DNA of 42,509 bases from Octopus bimaculoides (Eukaryota): the NCBI RefSeq assembly GCF_001194135.2, contig NC_068987.1:3760817-3803325 (forward strand), given 5' to 3'. Position 1 is the stretch's first letter. Each line of letters opens with the position of its first letter. The notes below the pieces were generated by a model. The model was not told where the DNA came from. It made no database searches and saw only the letters and a program-made list of their open reading frames with translations. Both the position numbers and the translations under genes were made by a program. Below, piece after piece: positions 11,990 to 23,312 of this stretch.

Positions 11990-12600
11990 ATGATGGCTTG
12001 TCTGTTTCAATGACCTTAAGAGCTATACCAGCGGAGCGCAAGATTCTCGTTGGTCCTCTCGCGCTGGACAGATCGAACGATGGAAGCCTGACTAATATGG
12101 CCCGCCTCTTTACAGAGGTAAAATGGGGAAAGTTGTGTAGGGCCAACAGCCCTAACTAGAAAAAAAAAGTAAAGTTACAGAATCATTGATGACAATTCAA
12201 AACCACCAAGACCTGAGAGAGGAAAAGACAGCTCAGAGTTGAGAACAGAGGAGAAAAGTTGTCGATGGCCTCTACTCTGCGGAGAGTGAAGAGCCTCGGT
12301 GGCTGGAGCGGACCAAAAGATATCTCCTTATCAGCTGTCCCACTGAGTGAGTATACGACCAGCGAAACCATGGACGATACTCAGCCGAAGAGCCAAAGAT
12401 GCACTCTAAGGATCAAATACAGAACGTCTTGAGAAGTTGTAAAGTCAGATCCGAGTATCTGGAGGCCAATGCTGCTGACCATATCACTTGTCGATAGTTG
12501 TGAGGAAAAAGTTTCATTTATTGGAAATAGAGGAGACTGCTGAAGAGATCTGGGAGAGATGTATCCATGGTGGTCACGCTTGCTACCATTACATATATTT
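11990..12600 (+). mobile_element. Degenerate RTE-clade LINE fragments
   Basis: DSRWSSRA..WKP and TAQS*EQRRKVVDGLYSAESEE (to about 12295), then a weaker EEIWER..GGH segment. Many stops and frameshifts. Confidence 0.5.
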
Positions 12601-13090
12601 GTCATTTGTTTATTAGAGTTTGTTGATCCAGGAGAGAACTGTTCAGTTATCAACATTTTACCGGCAATTAAGGGTGGGGGAAATCGTTATGACATTTTGA
12701 TGGGCCATCAGGAAGAGAGAGGGGCGTGCGTGTGTGTGTCTGTGTGTACTTATAATTTTTCGTCCGAAGTCCTCCAATGACAAAACAGAATCCAATTCGA
12801 ATAATGGTTTCCTATTTAGATGCTGAGTCGGTAGAGAGCTGAACAAAATGTGTTGTATTTAGTTACGACACTTTACGTTTGCCGAGTTTTATTTCGTGGC
12901 TTCATGAAATAAAGTACCAGTCAAGTACCGAAGTCGACATAAAGTACCCTTGATGCGAATGGAATTATAATACAAGAATGAAAAAACACACTCAGCCAGG
13001 CCTATAAGAGGACACGGGGCAGTAGGGGTTCAGTCAGGACGTCGACCTAGAGAGTCATGGAAGGACTCGGCAACACATGAGAGCATCCTT

Positions 13091-13092
<2 letters not shown>

Positions 13093-13176
<84 letters not shown>
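13093..13176. repeat. (TA)n microsatellite
   Basis: Read directly. Confidence 0.95.
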
Positions 13177-13554
13177 ATTACATGTCCCGGAGAGCGGAAG
13201 TAGTCTTGTTCTGCCTGGCAATATTTCTCTCGGAGACCTTGGTACACAGACTGTTCATGTCTACATCTGTAATAATCAACGTCAAATCTGGTGGAGGGGT
13301 GGGGCGGAATAAATAATAGTTTAGTATTCATAAAACTTCTTTACGTTGCTTTAAAATATACTTAAAATGGGACATTGAACTTCAGCCAGCAAGCAACTTA
13401 TATAACGTCGACACCAGCACATACTATCTCCGCCAGTGATAAGCATCAGTAGCCATGAACATGTAATCTATATTGTTACTTAAATCCTATTCACACAAAA
13501 TAGTTTTTCTTACGACGTAGCCAACAGAAGCGAAATATTCACATCTGTGTAGAT

Positions 13555-13820
13555 CAGTGGTTGTCAACTAGGGTCTATATGGCCCTTAGGGGTCGATAGA
13601 AGATATTTTTGTTAAAACTTACGTATAATAAATCGGTTCTACTTCTACAATGCACAAAATATTTTAACAATTTTTTAGCACAATTCCTAATAATATTTTA
13701 TTATAAAAATATGTGATTTTTAAAACATCGAACGGCCACGAGGGTCTATCCGAGCAAAATAGGATTCAAAGGGTCCATAGGCCAAAAAAATTAATAAAAA
13801 AAAATGATTGAGAAATACAA
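13555..13820 (+). mobile_element. hAT (Charlie-like) MITE; related ends at about 6540-6595 and 8231-8370
   Basis: Left end cagtggttgtcaac, decayed right end attgagaaatacaa. Flanks gtgtagat / gtcgagat (6/8). The interior is the reverse complement of 8231-8330. Confidence 0.65.
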
Positions 13821-14973
13821 GTCGAGATGTATTTCCCTTAGATTATAAGAATATTTGGATAGCGTAAACCTAGTTATTCGGAAACCTCGAATTACGAACT
13901 ACTGGAGATTCTACTCTCTCAAACATTGATACAGCATTCAGTTATTTTTGGCTGGATTACAAGGAAAATATTTCTGTACTTGCCGTAAGCGCGGTAAATG
14001 GAAATAAAAATTATTTTCAAACATTTTAATAATTTGGTTGATATAATCGACAAGTCAGAAAAAATATTCAAATGAATTATTTTCCCAGTCTTATTATTTA
14101 GAAATATATTAAAGTTGTATAAGGGTGTTAGTGAGGAAACGTCAAAGCAATGTCGATACAGACTTTCATCTAAGTGGGGTCATTGTATTGACCCCGACTG
14201 TCGCAGATTCTTTTTAATTGCTTTTTAATTATTTACCAGAATAGCTTCAACATTTACAGTATATGTTTTCGTAATGGGGTCAATAAATTGGCGAGAATGA
14301 TTAACCGTAAGATGTCGAGAATTAAGTACAGAGACTATTATGAAAGTGAACCACCCATCTGTAACCACTTTGGCAACTGGGAGAACCGACCATTGTTGTA
14401 GAATTGGTATTAATGTCGATGTACTTCTTTGGCGGATGTAAAATATTAACGCGTCAAGAAAACGAAAGTATATAATAATTTCTTTATTGGATAACTAAGA
14501 ACGGATATAATGTAACTAAGTCGTCTGCACTTAATTATCAACTGTTTCGTTATCAACTCTCTTTGTTTTCATGTGACATGCACACAGGCGTCGGCGATCA
14601 TGACCTCCATACTACGAGACGAAAGATGAAGTCTAAGGATACAAAACCCTTTGTTGAGAAAAATAGAACAATGGCTTTCCATCGTCTTCTGTTGGCTGAT
14701 TTACAGTTTATTCTGCAACTCTTTTGCTCTCCCGAGTTTGCTCTTAAAACAGAGGACCTGTTTATATCTTCGGAAGAAGGGATAGTTCGCGTGACATCTA
14801 GGTATGTCCACACGGTGGTAGGCTTGTGTGGCGAAACGTTTGGAGCCAGACCTCCGAATCCTGAATGCCTTAGCTTCTGCTGTCTGGTACGTAAATATAG
14901 TCTTAGATAAGTGCTGCCATCCCGTGCTAGAATAGAGCGGGGAGTAGAAGTGGTTAAGAGTATCTCCATTCAC

Positions 14974-15011
14974 CCTCAAACTTCTGAATTCCTGAGTTCA
15001 GAAGTTTGAGG
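14974..15011. repeat. Perfect 15-bp inverted repeat, 8-nt loop
   Basis: cctcaaacttctgaa-ttcctgag-ttcagaagtttgagg. Confidence 0.9.
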
Positions 15012-15544
15012 AACCTCATCCTCGGCTGTAGTTCATTGATTGTCCAAGACCATTATTCTCAATAATTATGGAGTAAAGCCGTTCGAATTTTGGCACAAGA
15101 CCAGAAATTTTGAGGGGAGCAAGAAGTTGATTGCATCGATTTGATTATTTTATCGATCACGAAGGATGAATAGCAAAGACAATCTCAGTGGAATTTGAAC
15201 TCGAGACGTAACTTAACTAAATATTGCAGGCATTTTGTCCATGCTTTAATGATTTGACCAATTCGCCATTTTGTTGCTGCACAAAGAGTCACACCAATGC
15301 GTTTGTCTACCGCACAGATTCCCAACCAGTGTGCCGCGAAATATAGATATGTATGTGGGATCATAATTGATCATTTAGAGTAAAAAATATATTTTCATAC
15401 TATCTTTTTTTGAGATCACAGCCGTGGCCGATACCATTGTCGAATAACCAGCCCATTATAAAGTACCCTTGAATCGTCGGGCGATACGCTACGCTTGAGA
15501 AGATCTATTGAATTAAGTAAAATGGAAATCGATGTTATGACCGA

Positions 15545-16152
15545 TTTCAGTGTCGCCTGACTGGCACCAGTGCTAGTGGCACGTAATAAGCACCATTCAA
15601 GCGTGGGTCGATACCAGTATTGCCTGACTGGCTCCCCGTGCCGGTGACACGTAAAAAGTACCATCTGAACGTGGTCGATGCCAGTGCCGCCTGACTGTCT
15701 CCCGTGCCGGTGGCACGTAAAAGGCATCCACTACACACTCGGAGAGGTTGGTGTTAGGAAGGACATCCAGCTGTAGAAACCTTGCCAGATCAGATTGGAG
15801 CCTGGTGCAGCCTCCTGGCTTGCCAGTCCTCAGTCAAACCGTCCAGCCCATGCCAACATGGAAAACGGACGTTAAACGACGNNNNNNNNNNTGTGCTGGT
15901 AGTACGTGAAAAACACCATCCGAACGTGGTCGATGCCAGTGCCGCCTGACTGTCTCCCGTGCCGGTGGCACGTAAAAGGTATCCACTACACACTCGGAGA
16001 GGTTGGTGTTAGGAAGGACATCCAGCTGTAGAAACCTTGCCAGATCAGATTGGAGCCTGGTGCAGCCTCCTGGCTTGCCAGTCCTCAGTCAAACCGTCCA
16101 GCCCATGCCAACATGGAAAACGGACGTTAAACGACGACGACGATGATGATGA
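15545..16152 (+). mobile_element. SINE-like family C with about 66-bp internal tandem units and a (GAT)n tail; the 3' 240 bp occur twice across a 10-N gap
   Basis: ttggtgttaggaagg(g/a)catccagctgtagaaac...catggaaaacggacgttaaacgacgatgatgat. Confidence 0.8.
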
Positions 16153-16463
16153 TACATAAGGATAAGCATATTAAAAGGGGTCCATGGAAAAACTCATTTA
16201 AGTAAAAGGAGTCCTTGGTAGTGAAAAGGTTGGGAACCACTGGCACAACTGAAGGAATACGGATATGAAATCTGGGAAGGTATCTTACAAGTACTCTAGT
16301 ATAATAATCTAGGTTCTAGTTAACCACATCGAATGATATGGAACAATGGGAAGTTGTTTAAAGTAAACAATTACATGGTTTTCCTCTTGATAGATAAATC
16401 TTGATTTCGCCTGCTTGGATTTTATACAGTATACAAAGAATATAATCAAGATAGCATAAAGAA

Positions 16464-16658
16464 GAATGGAGAATTTATACATCCAAAAAGCTTGTTTATT
16501 ACAGTATTATATACAATACATTCACTTTAAATCTGTCCGACACGTGTTTCTATTGCATAGATATCCTAGGATATCTATGCAATAGAAACACGTATCGGAC
16601 AGAGATTTAAAGTGAATGTATTAATAGATAAGCTTTGTGGATATATCATTCTCCATTC
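16464..16658. repeat. Long loop-less palindrome centred on cct|agg (16567/16568)
   Basis: Perfect 52 bp (16542-16593). 108 bp (16515-16622) with one mismatch and a 2-nt indel. Degenerate arms extend to gaatggagaat / attctccattc. Confidence 0.95.
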
Positions 16659-16962
16659 TCATTTTTAATGTCTTGTATATATAAATATATATATATATGC
16701 ATATGGCTTACCTACGCAAGTTTCCTCCCCCCACCCTCGCCGAAAAAACAATAAAACAAAAATGTATTCTCATAACTTTCAGAGAAATAGATGTTTTTAA
16801 ATGTAATTTTCTACAAATACTTTTCAGATAGTGTAGATTCTGATTATATCAGAGTTTAAGAAATATTCTGATTTTTAGAGTCTTCCAAAGAACTGAAGTT
16901 CTTTAAATCGAAATAAATGGTAATCTGAAGGGGCAACGTTAGGTGAGTACGCTGCATGTAAT

Positions 16963-16963
16963 A

Positions 16964-17060
<97 letters not shown>

Positions 17061-17115
17061 GTAGGTAGATAGACAGATAGATAGACAGACAGACAGGTAG
17101 GTAGGTAGGTAGATA

Positions 17116-17150
<35 letters not shown>
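16963..17150. repeat. Compound microsatellite (TCTG)n(TCTA)n-(GATA)n(GACA/GGTA)n-(GA)n
   Basis: Read directly. The strand flips at tct|aga, 17006/17007. Confidence 0.95.
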
Positions 17151-17151
<1 letters not shown>

Positions 17152-17557
17152 AGAACAGAGACTCGTTGAATCCCTGTACATGTCAATTTATTTACTGGAT
17201 ACAAATCAGAAATACAAATTATAAAACAAAAACATTATATTCAATATGCTTTTCTGGTTTACACGCATATTTTATCAAGTTACATTTTTTGCTGGGCATT
17301 CGAATTGTTGACTCTAATGTATTTCTGGCATGTTGATCAGCCAGGCAGAAACCTCCCCCACCTTTTAATTTTAGACCTTACTTCAAAAGTGCCGACAAAA
17401 TGCTAAACCTTGACTGTTTATAAATAATGTACCTTATTTTTATAGAGAAACACTTTCCCTGCCTTCACCCCCCCCCCTACCCGACACACATAGAGAGAAC
17501 CAGATGTAGCAGTATTAAAACAGCATAGTTATTATATTCTATCTTAGGCGACTCCTT

Positions 17558-17596
<39 letters not shown>

Positions 17597-18089
17597 CTGA
17601 CCTTGTATGTATATGTGAGCTTGTATATCTGTCTGTCTGTCTAAGTGGTGCAGCAAAAAGGAATGATAGAAGGCCCAGACTTTAAAAATATGTACTGGGG
17701 TCAATCTGTTTAACTAAACCCTTCGACTGAATCCTTTAAAGTCGTGCCCCAGCATGGCTGCAGAAGAAAGAGCATGAAACTGTTTGGTAACATAAATAGG
17801 CTGTTATGAGACTAAATTTATAACTTTGCATAAATAATATACCCACTCCATAACCTAATATACAAGTGCGTATATATATCCTTAGCTGCAATATTTTAAG
17901 TAAAACTTTTCTTGTTCTGTACTTTACCAGATCTAATAACTTGTCCTGAACTTTTCCAGGTTTATAATCTTAAGAATATTTCCCTTGCTTGCATTTTTCC
18001 ATGGAATACACTATTGGCTCATAGTCCGTATTTTACCAGTTCCATTCTTTACACACACACACACACACACACATGAGAGAAGTAAATGA

Positions 18090-18922
18090 GACGCCCTTAT
18101 AATCATTTTCAGTTGTTGTGTTTGATACATTTAACCTCTCGGCAATCTCTCACACAGTTACATGACAATCGTTCGTTCGTTTAACATCCGCTTTCCATGC
18201 TAGCATGGGTTGGACGATTTGACTGAGGACTGGTGAAACCGGATGGCAACACCAGGCTCCAATCTGATCTGGCAGAGTTTCTACAGCTGGATGCCCTTCC
18301 TAACGCCAACCACTCAGAGAGTGTAGTAGGTGCTTTTACGTGTCACCCGCACGAAGGCCAGTCAGGTGGTACTGGCAATGGCCACGCTCAAAATGGTGTA
18401 TTTTATGTGCCACCCGCACAAGAGCCAGTCCAGGAGCGGTGGCAACGATCTTGTTCGAAAATCCTATGAAGGCCAGTCAGGCGGTACTGGCAACGGCCAT
18501 GCTCAAAATGGTGTCTTTTATGTGCCACCCGCACAAGAGCCAGTCCAGGGGCCCTGGCAATGACCAGATTCAATTATGGTTTTGATTCGGTTATCATCAA
18601 CTGCAGTAGGTCGACCAGAACGTCAGTCATCTTTGAATGAAAAATTTTCAGAACCAAATTTTTTAAACCATTTCTGACATGTGCATTCTGTTAAACAGTC
18701 AAGACCATAAACTTCACATATCACTTTGTGGGCCTTAGCAGTTTTTTTTCTTGCCTTTGTGGAAATAAAAAAGCAAAATATGGTGGAAATGTTCGTTTTT
18801 GCACTCTGTGTTAAAATTGATGCTGAATCAGTGGGGAGCAGAGTCGTAGCTGTTAGTCTTAACTGCTTTGAATAATGTTATCGCCAATGAACTGGAACAA
18901 ATTGTCAGGAGAACCCAAAATA
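18090..18922 (-). mobile_element. Mariner transposon 5' part (TIR-like end and HTH coding relic) split by a family C insertion
   Basis: KNEHFHHILLFYFHKGK/TAKAHKVICEVYGLDCLTECTCQKWFKKFGSENFSFKDD*RSGRPTAVDDNRIKTIIESGH, resuming as TV*EIAERLNVSNTT after the SINE. TA plus ttttgggttctcc at the end. Confidence 0.85.
18168..18562 (-). mobile_element. Family C copy inserted into a mariner transposase relic, with a (CGAA)n tail and an internal 115-bp duplication
   Basis: Reverse complement of family C. gaaggccagtcagg...cacaagagccagtccagg is repeated at about 18354 and 18468. Confidence 0.8.
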
Positions 18923-19000
18923 CATTCAATTTGGTTTCTTGCTGGTTTCAGCTCTGATGAGGAAGCTTTTGATCAAAGTGTTCCAGCCGTGACCAACCTT

Positions 19001-19029
19001 TATATATATATATTTATACATATATATCC

Positions 19030-19096
<67 letters not shown>

Positions 19097-19116
19097 CACA
19101 CACACATATATATATA

Positions 19117-19148
<32 letters not shown>

Positions 19149-19172
19149 CATACACATATATATATACATATA
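19001..19172. repeat. Compound (TA)n/(CA)n microsatellite
   Basis: Read directly. Confidence 0.95.
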
Positions 19173-19574
19173 TTTAGAATAATAAGGTAGTCAGAATGTT
19201 GGATGATTATATATCTTTTTTATTTACATTTTATTTACACTTTTAGCGCTTTGATAAACCTGATAACGGAAGAAAGCGCATGGGGTTTGGTGGAAGATTT
19301 TAATTCAAAACTTATTAAAACAAGACATTTGTACTACAGAGTCAGAAGCAGTATCAAAAGGGTTAATGCCTTTTTTTTTTTTTTTTCAACCATTTTCAAC
19401 CATCTACACTCTCTGAGTGGTTGGCGTTAGGAAGGGCATCCAGCTGTAGAAACTCTGCCAAATCAGACTGGAGCCTGGTGTTGCCATCCGGTTTCACCAG
19501 TCCTCAGTCAAATCGTCCAACCCATGCTAGCATGGAAAGCGGACGTTAAACGATGATGATGATGATGATGATTT

Positions 19575-19700
19575 TGATATCATCCTTCTCCTTTCTCTGC
19601 TTCTTTTCCCTCCAAAACTTTCCAGCTATTGCTAATTTCTCCAGGCCCTCTTTCCTCATCACATGCCCCCAAAAATCTCAGTTGCTTGGCCCTTTGTCTC
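19575..19700 (-). mobile_element. RTE/BovB-like LINE fragment
   Basis: KQLRFLG-HVMRKEGLEKLAIAGKV with a one-base frameshift. Confidence 0.7.
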
Positions 19701-21106
19701 ACAAAGCAGTTTGCTATTTACTGCAACTTGGGTCATCATTTTTTCATTCTAATGAAGAAGTGATTCCTGTAACTAAGGCTGGACGGAAATATTACTCATC
19801 GATGTCTGACCAGTCTCACTGAAACTAGATACTAAAGCAGAAGCAAACGGTCAAGTTTGTCAAATATTTTTTTGGATACAAACATTTTGCTCTATTCAAA
19901 AAAATTAATGAAGAATTTGACCCAAATTATATATAACAGTGGAGGAAACTGATAGGCACTGATTGGCATCATTTATGCCATATGACACACTACAGATATG
20001 TGATTACAGTACTTTCAGATGGAAGGTATGTAATCTTAAATTCTACAGCATTGACACAAATTCTTAAGCAATAATGGGAAAGGGTGAGTTCTTGGAACTT
20101 GGCACCTTGTCAGAATGAAGTAATGGCTTAGATACCATTAACCAAAGCAGAAATACTAAATGGTGATGGGGCTGTTTAAAAATAACTTTGTACAAGGAGT
20201 CTCATATTAATCCTTTCTACTATAGGCCAGTCAATTTGATCAACCCCAGTATGCAACTGGTACTTAATTTATTGACCTCCCAAAAGGATGAAAAGCAAAG
20301 TCAACCTTGGTGGAATTTGAACTCAGAATGTAGCGGCAGATGAAATACCGCTAAGAATTTCACCCGGCATGCTAACGATTCTGCCAGCTGACTTTATTAG
20401 GGAGTCTTGTAATAATGAGACACACTTTGAGCCCAAGTAACAAACACTGGAACAAACATGGCAGAGACACTACAATCTTGTAAATTAGAAATAAAATGTT
20501 CCCGATCATCGTAAGAGACCCTGTTTAATACTGAGGGATTAAGAGAATCATTAGTGTCATTCAAAATGACTTGACAGTGTTAATCTATGGTCTGTTGTGT
20601 GCTGAGTTCAAATCTCATCAAGGCTGACTTTGCTATGCATCCTTCCAGGATCGATAAAAAGTTCTAGTCAAAAACTGCAGGTGTTATAACGGACTGAGGA
20701 CTGTGATGGTGTAGCTAGAGGTTACTGCTCCAGGGAGCTCTTGACTTTGCTGTTACCCAACTCCCCACACAGGCTTATACAACTGACCATAAAATGTCTC
20801 GTTAAAAGCACAGCCTGGACCAGACCCTTAGCAGTTTAGCCAAAGATATCGATAGAATAAGTACCATCTTTGAAAGAAAAAAAATACTGGGGTTAATTCA
20901 TTCAACTAAAAATTCTTCAAGGCCCCAGCATGGCCACAGTCTAATGACTGAAACAAGTAAAAAAAAAAAAAAAAGATAAATGAAATAAAAAAAAACAAAG
21001 CCAAAACAAAGATAATTAAAAAAAAATATAGTTTATATCAAAATAATGAAATTCTGGTGAAGAGAAAAAGAAAATGGGACAAACATTTGTTGGAACCAAT
21101 CTCTGA

Positions 21107-21254
21107 TTATAATTCCAAGGAATCTAACATGTTATGGCATTGCTTTGAGTTGAATTGGTTCAAGAAATAGGACATGTCAGGAAGCTGGTATGTTCGGTTA
21201 ATTTTGGTTTTATGCCTTTTTGTTGAAAAACTGTCATATTTTGTAATATTTTGC
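21107..21254 (-). CDS. MTTP: MTTP last coding exon: QNITKYDSFSTKRHKTKINRTYQLPDMSYFLNQFNSKQCHNMLDSLEL*
   Basis: Acceptor ttttttatag, TAA stop at 21107-21109. KY..., NSKQC matches MTP KKYER...NSEMC, giving the C-terminal disulfide Cys. Phase fits the previous exon. Confidence 0.92.
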
Positions 21255-21663
21255 CTATAAAAAAATAAAATAAAATATTAAAATATTAGCATTGTGTTTA
21301 GAAAGAAATAAAAAAAAAACATTATATACAATGGAAATGAGGGAAAACTCTGTTACTTTCACGATTTGGTTGACAAATATGAGCAGTTTCCAATGTGTCT
21401 TTTCTGCAGCATTTACATACTTTTAATTGCTGTATTTAGCAGCATTTAATACACACTCTCACGTGATGCAGCCCTATTTGATAAATATATTTTGTGGAGA
21501 AAAAAAAAACAAACAAAATTTGGGGCATTTCAATATTTACACATTGAAAGATATTTCAAAGTGGCTTTGTGGGGGGAAATGTGTGGTTGTGCACATGAAA
21601 ATACAAGGCTGTGACAGAATACTGGAATAAAATATAAAACTATAAATTTATTTTATACAAATA

Positions 21664-22040
21664 AGCGCAGGAGTGGCTGTGTGGCAAGTAGCTTGCTTAC
21701 CGATCACATGATTCCGGGTTCAGTCCCACTGTGTGGCACCTTGGGCAAGTGTCTTCTACTATAGCCTTGGGCCGACCAAAGCCTTGTGAGTAGATTTGGT
21801 AGACGGAAACTGGAAGAAGCCTGTCATATATGTATATGTATGCTTGTGTATATGTTTGTGTGTCTGTTTGTCCCTCTGATGCTGGTGTGTTTACGTCCCT
21901 GAAACTTAGTGGTTTGGCAAAACGAACCAATAGAATAAGTACTAGGCTTACAAAGAATAAGCTCTGGGGTCGATTTGCTCGGCTAAAGGCGATGCTCCAG
22001 TATGGCCGCAGTCAATTGACTGAAACAAGTAAAAGAGTAA
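21664..22040 (+). mobile_element. SINE family A, near full length (tRNA-derived head, CORE-like domain, internal TA/TG microsatellite, 3' body)
   Basis: Pol III A-box-like TGGCTGTGTGG, B-box-like GGTTCAGTCCC, then caccttgggcaagtgtcttctactatagcc. More than 15 related copies in the window. Confidence 0.85.
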
Positions 22041-23312
22041 ACTACATTATATGGTTATTGTACTTCAATTTTATCTTCTTTCAGATAAATAGTATAATTG
22101 ATTATATTTGGGTCCAGAGAACTGCCATACAGGATGTAAAACTCACATTTATGGCTGTGATGTTTATTGTTACTGTGAATGGCCACCAGGATGGTGCACC
22201 ACTGCTATGATTTCGTTGTCATCCACTCATTGCAAATGGCTGACTGGTAGAGGAAAGTTTAAGATTCTTTTCATCTTTCCAGGAGAGTTTTTCATTTAGA
22301 TCATTAAAAAATGTTTCTTAAATGTATTACAGCCATTCAACAATGTAAGGCACAGATCAAGTGTGGGTTAGGCATGCTGGGGAAGAGGTTATAATGAGAT
22401 GATGTGATCTGTTAACATACTCTAAACACCTCTTCATAACTTTTTTCTATAAGACTGGATATATATTTTTTTTAATAAATTAGTATTAGTAACGGTTATT
22501 GAATTGTACTTAGGGGATTTATATTCATCCAGTTCCCTTGTCTATGGCGCTCAGTCTGCCATCCGTTATAAAGCCTCACTAAACGTAGAGCAATTTTTTG
22601 ATACATAAAAAAAAAACATGTCTTATACTCTATTAAATCCAGTAACTTCACTGAATTATTGTTTAATTTCTGGTTAAACTCTGAGCAAGTGAGACATAGG
22701 ATCGAAGACGTTCCAATCTTGACCATCACAAATTTTCTAATATGATGAATTAAAAGTGTCTTTTTTGAGCAAAGGACACGTAATTTGAGAATGAGATTTG
22801 AAGGCAATTTGGCTGCTATTTCTTGCACAATTAATATCACTCGTAGGTAAGTTTTGTGACATTTAAACAGAATGAAGAAGATTGTCTCCCTTTATTTGCA
22901 TAACGTTCTCGGTGAAATTACAGTTATCTCCCTTCTGCACTTACTGTCGCTGTACCGTCACGCAGCCACACTTCTCTAACTATGATGTTAGAGAGGCGTG
23001 CGACTGTTCACAGTTTTTGCATTTCTAAAACACTACATAAGAAGCTGGCAGTAATTTTTAAGGGATTTTAGAATTTAGGAAATGACTTCCATTTATGTTT
23101 GCAAAGTGTCTTTTTATACAAATTAAGGAAACAAATGTGAAAAAGAAACTTTTCCTAAAACTTGGCACGTTTGTCTCATCCAAAATTTTCTGCTTCCTCA
23201 GCAGTTTTCAATAATTCTTTCCCAACTCAGAGTTCTTAACGTGTCTCTTTTCTGGCCAACACCTGTTGAGAAGTCTTTCCCTCCCTTATTGATTAAATAA
23301 TAATAATAATAA

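Noticed and set aside
15545-15745. Regularly spaced 66-bp repeats resembling a CRISPR array
   Set aside because: Whole units repeat with no unique spacers, they lie inside a eukaryotic SINE, and there are no cas genes.
15313-16242. Possible hAT element (ttcccaacc ... ggttgggaaccactg) enclosing the family C copy
   Set aside because: Left TIR only 11/15 and the flanks gtctaccg / gcacaact do not form a TSD. The ends may belong to different copies.
18954-19000. CTGATGAG motif (also at about 11834) as a hammerhead core
   Set aside because: No GAAA core or stems at a suitable distance.
21664-21730. tRNA-like A and B boxes
   Set aside because: SINE heads with no cloverleaf or acceptor stem, continuing straight into the SINE body.
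22496-22840. 114-aa minus-strand ORF inside the last MTTP intron
   Set aside because: Overlaps a dispersed repeat (gcagccaaattgcc.tcaaatc, also near 880 and 3345); no splice or homology support.
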